From the IMG/VR virus record IMGVR_UViG_3300027791_000011: 29,570 bases of DNA; one strand, written 5' to 3'. The position numbers were made by a program, and so were the translations under genes. Every line of letters begins with the position of its first letter. Position 1 is the stretch's first letter. This document shows positions 1 to 7,337 of the stretch, piece by piece. This DNA comes from an uncultured virus (IMG/VR IMGVR_UViG_3300027791_000011) (lineage: Duplodnaviria; Heunggongvirae; Uroviricota; Caudoviricetes). The notes below the pieces were generated by a model, which had not been told where the DNA came from, made no database searches, and saw nothing but the letters and a program-made list of their open reading frames with translations.

Positions 1-6
1 AAACCA

Positions 7-2730
7 ATGCAAGGAGACGCCGGCATTGCTAAAAAGATTAACAAAGGCGCTGAGAAGATGGTATTTGACATTCTTCAATCTACACAATATTCTATGCCAG
101 TTCAGTCTACAGTTAGAGAGTTAGTTACAAATGCATGTGACTCTCAACGTGAAAAAGAAATAGCTATAGAAATATTAATGGGTACAAAGAAAGTTGAAGA
201 CTATTATATTGAAAGGCATGGTGATGCTTATGAAGATAGTAATTTTGATAAAAGTTATTACAATAGAGATCATTTTAATGTACATTCTGAAATAGATTTA
301 GTATATACTAAAAATGAAGGTGTGGGTTACTGTGATACATTTGCAGTCACTGATTATGGTGTAGGTATTGGAGCAAGACGTTTAGAAGGTATATTGGAAC
401 TAGGTTATTCTACGAAAAGAAATACTAGTGAAAATTTTGGTGCCTTTGGCCTTGGAGCTAAGGCTGCGCTATCAACCGGCGTAGACTTCTATACTATAGA
501 GACTGTATATAATGGTATGAGATTTAAATGTAATTGCTTTAACTATAAAACTGATTTTATTATACCTGCATTTAATGTAAAGACAGGTAAAACTAATCCT
601 TTTGTTACATTTACTGATGGCACTAAAGTATATTATGTACCTACTGAAGCTACTAATCAGACTACGGTATCGTTTGGAGTTAAGAAACACAATCGTAGTA
701 AGTTTGAAGAGGCTGTAGAAGAACAATTAATGTACTTTGATAATGTTAACTTTAAGGTTCTAGATACAGATGAAGATTCTTATGAGTCAGAAAGGAAAGT
801 TAGGTTTCAAGCTGAGATATTGTATAATTCTAAGAATCTAATAATATCTGATTCTTACTATTTTAATAAACCACACATTGTGCTTGTTAAAGATGAGAAC
901 GCTACTACAGGTATTAACTACGGTTATATTGACTTTCGTGAATTAGAAATGGAACAGATGTATGGTTCTATTGCGTTCAAATGTCCTGCTCGTCAAGTTG
1001 TTGTTGATGAACGTGGCGTAGAGACTGTTTTACAAGAAGGTGTAGATGTTACTCCATCTCGTGAGAAAGTTATATGGAATGAGGCTACTAAAAACTACAT
1101 TAAAAGTGTAATTATGGCTGCAGCTCAAGAAGCTAGTGATATTATAGAAGAAGAATTACAAGAAACTGACTTTCTTAAGTGGGTTGATGCTTGTAGATCT
1201 ATTATTACTGGTAACAGTAGTGAGAATAGAATTCTTAATAAACTAGCACGTATAATAGATACTGAGGCAATAAAACCTAAGTTTGGACCTGATCGTAGAA
1301 TTAAATATGGTCCTGCTAATACGCTATTTGAAGGCATGATTCTTATGAAGCCTTACCAAGATAGAGGAGGTGATGGTGTAAAACGTGAAGCAATTAAAGA
1401 CTGGAATGGATTTGATGCTAAACATTTTTATGAGAGAGAAGATAAATGGTCTAAGTATAAGGATATGTATCTTATGGACGATCCAGATAACAACTATAAC
1501 CAACATCATGTTTGTACTTATACTTTAGATGATTTAGACGAAAAATTTAATAGTGCTCTTGTAAAAGCTGCAGGTAATCCTGATGCTATTCAAAAAGTTA
1601 TGAAAGAAAAGAATAGAGTTACATCTAAACGTACTGCTATCCTTAAATTTATTGAAGCATCGGAGTGGTATAAAAACTATGATGATACTGAAATCCCTGA
1701 AGAGTGGTTAACAAGCTATAAGGAAGAGGAGTCTCAAGAAGAAGAAAAAGCGAAGTTTAATAATTTATCAGCTGCAGAACGCCGGGAGATAGAAAAGCGT
1801 ATGGTCGCTTACACTGTTAGATACGATGATAGAAAACAGGATCATTTTACTATGGATAAGATAGAGCCTAAAACTATAGATCTTATGAATAGTAAATATC
1901 GTACTTATTATTGTACTAGAGCAGATGAAGGTAAAATGAAACAAGCTGCTATGCTTCTTAAGAATATTCAACCTAGTCATCGTGAAGTATATCCAGATAC
2001 TAATTTAAGTAGTTGGGATAAAGATTATCACTGGCCTATTTTCTGGTTTGATAATGCCCCTGTTAGATTTATGAAATACAACAGCGATGAATATGAAACT
2101 TGGGCTAAGCCTACTCAAGGATGGGATGCACCTCAACTTATACGTGTTAGTGAAAACAAGGTTAAGTTTATTAAACAAAACCCTAATGTACAACACATTG
2201 ATCAACTATTTTTACAAACTAACGATAATAACGAATACATTATGGATGAAACATTAGTAAACTATTACACAGCATCTAAACTTAATAAAATAAATAACTT
2301 TAAATTTATGCAAGGTTTAGGCTGTATACACGAGGAATTACAAAAAGATTATTGTGAACTGCAAGATATGAGAGATAATAATTATTCTGAGTATGACTAT
2401 AGAGATGTGAAAAGTATAGCACCAGCTATAACTGATCACATGGATAAACTATATGAGTTCCAAATGTTTTGTAATGAATGCGATGATGCAGAAATGATAC
2501 AAGATAAGTCAAGAGAATTATTTGTATTATCTGATATAAGTGCCGCACGAGCTGTAAATTTAGATATATTAGCTAAATATGATAATATAGTTGAGTTTGC
2601 AGAAGAAGTAAAACCGCTCCTGGATGAGCTAGATTGTCTTAACACAAGAGAGTGCAAAATGTCACCTACTTTAGAAAAAGAAATCAGAATCTACCTACGA
2701 GCTAAAGCCCGTGAAGTTTGGGACTCATAA
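7..2730 (+). CDS. rIIA: rIIA-like protein with N-terminal GHKL (Hsp90/MutL-type) ATPase domain; possibly 5'-truncated
   Basis: GHKL motifs VRELVTNACDS, VTDYGVGIG, YSTKR, GAFGLGAK and GVDVTPSRE are typical of phage rIIA, and an rIIB-like gene lies downstream. The frame is open to position 1 (AAA CCA ATG), so the true start may lie before the window. Confidence 0.85.
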   Translation: MQGDAGIAKKINKGAEKMVFDILQSTQYSMPVQSTVRELVTNACDSQREKEIAIEILMGTKKVEDYYIERHGDAYEDSNFDKSYYNRDHFNVHSEIDLVYTKNEGVGYCDTFAVTDYGVGIGARRLEGILELGYSTKRNTSENFGAFGLGAKAALSTGVDFYTIETVYNGMRFKCNCFNYKTDFIIPAFNVKTGKTNPFVTFTDGTKVYYVPTEATNQTTVSFGVKKHNRSKFEEAVEEQLMYFDNVNFKVLDTDEDSYESERKVRFQAEILYNSKNLIISDSYYFNKPHIVLVKDENATTGINYGYIDFRELEMEQMYGSIAFKCPARQVVVDERGVETVLQEGVDVTPSREKVIWNEATKNYIKSVIMAAAQEASDIIEEELQETDFLKWVDACRSIITGNSSENRILNKLARIIDTEAIKPKFGPDRRIKYGPANTLFEGMILMKPYQDRGGDGVKREAIKDWNGFDAKHFYEREDKWSKYKDMYLMDDPDNNYNQHHVCTYTLDDLDEKFNSALVKAAGNPDAIQKVMKEKNRVTSKRTAILKFIEASEWYKNYDDTEIPEEWLTSYKEEESQEEEKAKFNNLSAAERREIEKRMVAYTVRYDDRKQDHFTMDKIEPKTIDLMNSKYRTYYCTRADEGKMKQAAMLLKNIQPSHREVYPDTNLSSWDKDYHWPIFWFDNAPVRFMKYNSDEYETWAKPTQGWDAPQLIRVSENKVKFIKQNPNVQHIDQLFLQTNDNNEYIMDETLVNYYTASKLNKINNFKFMQGLGCIHEELQKDYCELQDMRDNNYSEYDYRDVKSIAPAITDHMDKLYEFQMFCNECDDAEMIQDKSRELFVLSDISAARAVNLDILAKYDNIVEFAEEVKPLLDELDCLNTRECKMSPTLEKEIRIYLRAKAREVWDS

Positions 2731-3578
2731 CTAAGGATACTAGAAAGACGTTTATAATACGTCCTTCTGGTAGATCCACGGATTTTATAAGTCCTAGTTT
2801 TGGCTACGGATGCTTGTATGATTGTTCATATTGTTATATGAAACGACATAAAGCAGAGGGATTGTCTATTGCTGTGAATGCGGGTGATATATTAACTGCG
2901 GTTAATAATCATGCGTATTTCACACCAGTGGAAAAACCTAATCAAACACATCCTGAATTCACAACATATGACATCAGTTGTAATGAAGATTTTTCACTAC
3001 ATGCTAAATACCATGATTGGGAACGAATATTTGAATTCTTTAGAGAGCACCCAATAGCTATGGGTTCTTTTGCAACTAAATATGTAAATAAAAATCTACT
3101 TAAATTTAACCCTGAAGGTAAAATAAGAATTAGATTTAGTCTAATGCCTCAAAATAAAGCAACTCTACACGAGCCTAATACTTCTATTATAATAGATAGA
3201 ATACAGGCTATAGATAGATTTATAGATGCAGGATATGACGTGCACGTAAATTTTAGTCCTATCATTGTATACGATGGGTGGCTAGATGATTACACTTACT
3301 TATTTGAATTACTAAATGTTTATGTAAGAAACCAAGAGACAGTGTTTGCAGAATGTATATTTTTAACGCACAATTTTAAAAAACATACAGATAATATGAA
3401 TGCTCACCCAAAAAGTGAAGAAGATCTTTGGATGCCTGCAATGCAGGAACCAAAAACTTCACAGTATGGGGGAGAAAATATTAGATATAAACTAGGACAT
3501 AAGTCTGAGTTTATTAAACGATTTATAAATTTACACAATTCCAAAATACCGTGGAATAAAATACGGTATATTTTTTAA
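2718..3578 (+). CDS. splB: Spore photoproduct lyase-like radical SAM protein
   Basis: CxxxCxxC motif GCLYDCSYCY (2811-2834). DISCNED carries a Cys matching the SplB H-donor position. ATK, IRFSL, HEPNT and AGYDVHVNFSPII match SplB blocks. The start is TTG and overlaps the rIIA stop. Confidence 0.85.
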   Translation: MGLITKDTRKTFIIRPSGRSTDFISPSFGYGCLYDCSYCYMKRHKAEGLSIAVNAGDILTAVNNHAYFTPVEKPNQTHPEFTTYDISCNEDFSLHAKYHDWERIFEFFREHPIAMGSFATKYVNKNLLKFNPEGKIRIRFSLMPQNKATLHEPNTSIIIDRIQAIDRFIDAGYDVHVNFSPIIVYDGWLDDYTYLFELLNVYVRNQETVFAECIFLTHNFKKHTDNMNAHPKSEEDLWMPAMQEPKTSQYGGENIRYKLGHKSEFIKRFINLHNSKIPWNKIRYIF

Positions 3579-3596
3579 CCAATTAAATATTTATTT

Positions 3597-4763
3597 ATGA
3601 TTACATTAAATGTAATAGACGACAAAATCTGTGGGAGCTATGGAGACAAAGCTTTTACAGTTGATTATAGTGATGAGCTATATGAAAGAATGAAACAACT
3701 TGACCATAAAGCTCAAGGTGTAACTACAGTAGAAGAATACAATGAAGTAATGGAAGAGTTTGCTCCGTTATGTGTTGTAGATTATACTAAAACTATTGAA
3801 ACACAATGTGAATTTATTCATGTTAACAAATCAACAGGAGAATTCTTCCTTAAGCACGACAGCGTGGTATCTACGATACCTATGCCTCAAGCTTTAGTGG
3901 ATAGAATATTTGATTCTATTGATAAAGAGGTAGATTTTATGCCCTTAGTTAAGATGTGGACTAGATGGTTACGTAACCCAATCTTGTGGAGAAAGATGAA
4001 ACAAGGTCACGGAAACGATTTCTGTGAGAGATTCTTTAATTTTGTGAATATGCAATATGTTCACCCTAAACTGAAAGAAGATCTTATGGAGCAAGGTCTT
4101 ACTACTGAAGCAGCTTCTAAAAGAGCAACAATGTACCAAATGAAAATCACCCATGAGGGATTACTCAACGGTTACAAAGTCTCTAGAGAAGTGCTTCATA
4201 AGTATGACCAAGAAACTGGTGAATCAGAGAGCCGCTATAAACGCACGTTCAATATTGACACCGGGGAAATAGAAGGCGATGGATTACCAGAGCATGTAGA
4301 AGACAGATTATTTGAACCATCTATGATGGGCTCAAGTGGAGACGCATTCTTTTGTGAAGGCGCTAATGGCTTTGGCAATCCTCAGCATTTTATTAAAGTT
4401 GGATGTACACATAGACTAGCATCATGGGACCAAGTTAACGTTGACGATAGACAGTCATGTGTTAAAGGTCTTCATATTGGTGGTCTAATGTACATAAATT
4501 GCTACAGTGGAGAAATTCACAATATCTTTGTAGATCCTATGCACATCGGAGCAGTACCAGATGATAATACAGGAGCTATTAGATGTAAGCAATATTTTGT
4601 TCATTCATCCCTAGTAGGTGTGAATGGTTCAATTTATCACAGTTCTAGTTATGCAGCTATGACAGATGCAGAGTGGGATGATATGAGAGCAAAAGCGGTT
4701 GAAGAGAGATCTGAACGCAAAGCTCAGTGTGACAAGGAAGTTGCGGAGATAAACTCACTGTAA
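3597..4763 (+). CDS. rIIB: rIIB-like protein
   Basis: Motifs FW/MW..L.NP, ITHEGLLNGYKV, VNVDDRQSCVKGLHIGG, VDPMHIGAVP and IRCKQYFV follow the T4 rIIB C-terminal pattern; the gene sits downstream of rIIA. Confidence 0.85.
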   Translation: MITLNVIDDKICGSYGDKAFTVDYSDELYERMKQLDHKAQGVTTVEEYNEVMEEFAPLCVVDYTKTIETQCEFIHVNKSTGEFFLKHDSVVSTIPMPQALVDRIFDSIDKEVDFMPLVKMWTRWLRNPILWRKMKQGHGNDFCERFFNFVNMQYVHPKLKEDLMEQGLTTEAASKRATMYQMKITHEGLLNGYKVSREVLHKYDQETGESESRYKRTFNIDTGEIEGDGLPEHVEDRLFEPSMMGSSGDAFFCEGANGFGNPQHFIKVGCTHRLASWDQVNVDDRQSCVKGLHIGGLMYINCYSGEIHNIFVDPMHIGAVPDDNTGAIRCKQYFVHSSLVGVNGSIYHSSSYAAMTDAEWDDMRAKAVEERSERKAQCDKEVAEINSL

Positions 4764-4777
4764 CTGTGTTTAATTGG

Positions 4778-4846
4778 TAATATATGAGGAGAGAGGTATG
4801 GAAGAGATCCTACTAAGACAACGTCACCTCACTCCTTTATATTATA
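4778..4846 (+). promoter_or_regulatory. Long imperfect intergenic stem-loop between rIIB and the exonuclease gene
   Basis: Left arm TAATATATGAGGAGAGAGGT (4778-4797) pairs with right arm ACCTCACTCCTTTATATATTA (4826-4846) with one bulge, one G-U pair and one mismatch; the loop is 28 nt. Confidence 0.55.
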
Positions 4847-4859
4847 TAAAACTTATAAA

Positions 4860-5603
4860 ATGGAAAATAAAATAGCGTTAATAGACGCAGATAGTCTTAT
4901 CTATTTTGAAATGGGAAAGCCTACACTAGAAGAAGCATTAGAAGGAATAGATTCTCGCATTAATCAAATGTTAATAGAAACAGGAGCTACACATTATGCA
5001 GGTTTTCTTACACAAGGCAGATGTTTTAGATATGCAGCAGCTATAAGTAGGCCTTATAAAGGTAATAGAAAATATGGTAATAAACCTATTATATTTCCTG
5101 CAATTAAGGAATATTTAAGACAAGAATGGAATTGTATTTCTATTTCTGCATTAGAAGCAGATGATTTAGTTTCTATATATCATAGTCCTTATACAGTAAT
5201 ATGTAGTCCAGATAAAGATGTTCTATATCAAAATGCTGGAATACATTATAACTATGGTAAAGCAGAGACTATAGTGCAAGATACTAAAGGAGCAACATAC
5301 TTTTTATGGAAACAAATGTTAATGGGAGACTCTACAGATGGTATAACAGGTATACCAAAAGTAGGTCCAAAAAGTGCAGAAGCAGCATTAAAAGACGTAA
5401 AAGTAGAAGATATGCCTGCTATTGTTTTAAATAAATATATAGAAAAGTTTGGTATGTCAGAAGGAATTAGTAAATTTGCAGAGACACATAAGCTTGTTTA
5501 TATGCTGCAAACCAAGGAAGATGTGATAAGAGAAACTGGATTAGACTTATCAGATCTTGTTTTTTATAAATATGAAAAAGAAGAGGAAGAACAAATCGTC
5601 TGA
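4860..5603 (+). CDS. 5'-3' exonuclease / flap endonuclease (PIN/FEN fold, T5 D15/T7 gp6/PolI N-terminal-like)
   Basis: LIDADSL, FR...YKGNR, LEADD, SPDKD and the helix-hairpin-helix motif GDSTDGITGIPKVGPKSA. Confidence 0.9.
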   Translation: MENKIALIDADSLIYFEMGKPTLEEALEGIDSRINQMLIETGATHYAGFLTQGRCFRYAAAISRPYKGNRKYGNKPIIFPAIKEYLRQEWNCISISALEADDLVSIYHSPYTVICSPDKDVLYQNAGIHYNYGKAETIVQDTKGATYFLWKQMLMGDSTDGITGIPKVGPKSAEAALKDVKVEDMPAIVLNKYIEKFGMSEGISKFAETHKLVYMLQTKEDVIRETGLDLSDLVFYKYEKEEEEQIV

Positions 5604-6114
5604 GTTTATACTCCCTATGTTAGGAGGTAGTAAGCAATTATTTCTATATGATGCTTTATTAGAAAATTGTTATATAGGAACTAGTGAAGATAAAAATTGT
5701 ATAGTATTAGTGTATCAAGATAGTAATAGTAAACTATTTGCTAAGTTTGAAAACGCATTGATTAGCTTTAGAAATTTTCTAAAAGCATATGATCTTAAAG
5801 ATTATATAGTTTTTATTTTCAGGGTTCCACCCTCACACAGAAAAGATTTTACACGGTTTTTAAAAGGACAATATTCAAGAATGTCTACAGATTATAAACT
5901 ACAAGTATTAGATTTTCATGATCAAGACATAGAAGATAGATTAGGAGGTATACTGTTTAAAAGCGAAGAAAGAAGAGAAAGAATGGAATATGCATTAAAT
6001 GCTAAAATAGATGAGTCTTCTGAGCTATACAGCATTCCAACATTAAAGGAAGAGATTTATAATATTAATAAAAAAAATATATACTATGAGCACAATTTTA
6101 AAGAATCAACTTAA
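5572..6114 (+). CDS. Hypothetical phage protein (~180 aa)
   Basis: ORF overlapping both neighbours in the same operon. The ATG at 5572 (MKKKRKNKSSEF), preceded by A/T-rich TATAAAT, is preferred over the track start at 5557. No motif recognised. Confidence 0.7.
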   Translation: MKKKRKNKSSEFILPMLGGSKQLFLYDALLENCYIGTSEDKNCIVLVYQDSNSKLFAKFENALISFRNFLKAYDLKDYIVFIFRVPPSHRKDFTRFLKGQYSRMSTDYKLQVLDFHDQDIEDRLGGILFKSEERRERMEYALNAKIDESSELYSIPTLKEEIYNINKKNIYYEHNFKEST

Positions 6115-6826
6115 AGGTTGGTATCCAGTTTTAGAAAAAACTTTACAATCAGATTATTTTAAGGGCGTTAAAAGTGCCATTAAAAAAGATTTAAAAAGAG
6201 AAGAAGTATACCCAAAAGGATCTGATATTATGAAAGCTTTTTCATTATGTCCTATAGAAAAAACCAAAATAGTGATATTAGGTCAAGATCCATATCATGA
6301 TGGGACAGCAACAGGATTAGCTTTTGCAAATCCAACACACTGTGAAGTCATAAGTCCTAGTTTAGAGATTATAATAGAAGAGATTGAAACTAATGTGGGT
6401 TTAATAGCATTACCTTTTAATCAAAATTTAGAGCATTGGGCAAAACAAGGTGTATTATTATTAAACACATCATTAACTGTTATTCACGCAGCTCCAGGAT
6501 CGCATTTAGATTTATGGGAACAGTTTACAGAAAGATTTATATCAGATTTCTCTCAACTTAAACCTAATGTAATTTATATGTTATGGGGAGCACACGCTCA
6601 AAAATATGAAAAATATATACATAAAAATAACCATATACTAAAAGCAGAGCATCCTATTAAAGATTACTATGCGATCAAAGATAAAGATAAGAAATTTATA
6701 GGATGTAAGCATTTTAATATAGCTAATGATATGTTAAAGGAAGACGCAATTGAATGGAGATATACAAAGCAACAATTAGAATTCCTTAATGGAGACACAA
6801 TAAAAAACAATTTTGACGAGATATGA
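6086..6826 (+). CDS. ung: Uracil-DNA glycosylase family 1 (divergent)
   Basis: VILGQDPYH (6281-6298), GLAF, SPSL, WAKQGVLLLNTSLTV, SH...W, MLWG, HP and F.GCKHF. Confidence 0.9.
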   Translation: MSTILKNQLKGWYPVLEKTLQSDYFKGVKSAIKKDLKREEVYPKGSDIMKAFSLCPIEKTKIVILGQDPYHDGTATGLAFANPTHCEVISPSLEIIIEEIETNVGLIALPFNQNLEHWAKQGVLLLNTSLTVIHAAPGSHLDLWEQFTERFISDFSQLKPNVIYMLWGAHAQKYEKYIHKNNHILKAEHPIKDYYAIKDKDKKFIGCKHFNIANDMLKEDAIEWRYTKQQLEFLNGDTIKNNFDEI

Positions 6827-7239
6827 AGAAAAAAGTAAAAATGTCTGTTCCAGAAGGATTAGAATTTGGTAAACCTTATACTATGACTTCTACACACGGT
6901 GAATATCACAACTATAATAAGAATGACCTTTATTGGGATACTGAACGAAATAAAGATCCTTGGAAAGTCCCTGCAGCAGCAGACTTTTCTTGGCATCTTG
7001 ATAAAGTTACTGAGCAAATTACTAATTTATTAAAAGAAAAAAATAAAGCTTACGGAAACAGTGCTTTAAATCCTTTAAATATTTTTAGTAAATTAGATGC
7101 AGTAGAATCTTTATGTTGCAGATTAGATGATAAAATAGCTAGAATAAGTAATAAAGGAATAAATGATCAAACAGAAGACACTGTTGATGATTTGATTGGA
7201 TATTTATTATTACTTAAAATGGCGATGGAGAAGAGATGA
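6823..7239 (+). CDS. Nucleotide modification-associated domain 1 (Nmad1/DUF1599-like), all-alpha NTP pyrophosphatase-like protein
   Basis: LLKEKNKAYGNS...RLDDKIARI...DTVDDLIGYLLL pattern; ATGA overlap with ung. Confidence 0.7.
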   Translation: MKKKVKMSVPEGLEFGKPYTMTSTHGEYHNYNKNDLYWDTERNKDPWKVPAAADFSWHLDKVTEQITNLLKEKNKAYGNSALNPLNIFSKLDAVESLCCRLDDKIARISNKGINDQTEDTVDDLIGYLLLLKMAMEKR

Positions 7240-7303
7240 CTGATAATATTGTAGTAATATGGCCATAAATTGGCTATTATAATGTGTGATTGCTTTGGTT
7301 AGC

Positions 7304-7337
7304 AAAAAGAAGGGGACTTAATTGTCCCCTTTTTTTT
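7304..7337. terminator. Bidirectional rho-independent terminator between convergent gene blocks
   Basis: AAAAAG-AAGGGGAC-TTAATT-GTCCCCTT-TTTTTT: perfect 8-bp stem (7310-7317/7324-7331) with a T-run on the + side and an A-run upstream, abutting the stop of the minus-strand gene. Confidence 0.9.

Noticed and set aside
472..4154. Short minus-strand ORFs (61-84 aa) antisense to rIIA and rIIB
   Set aside because: They are fully nested opposite well-supported genes, show shadow-ORF composition and have no motifs.
4798..4875. 25-codon ORF MEEILLRQRH... preceded by an SD-like GAGGAGAGAGG
   Set aside because: The purine tract is one arm of the intergenic stem, other genes here do not use SD sequences, and the ORF overlaps the exonuclease start out of frame.
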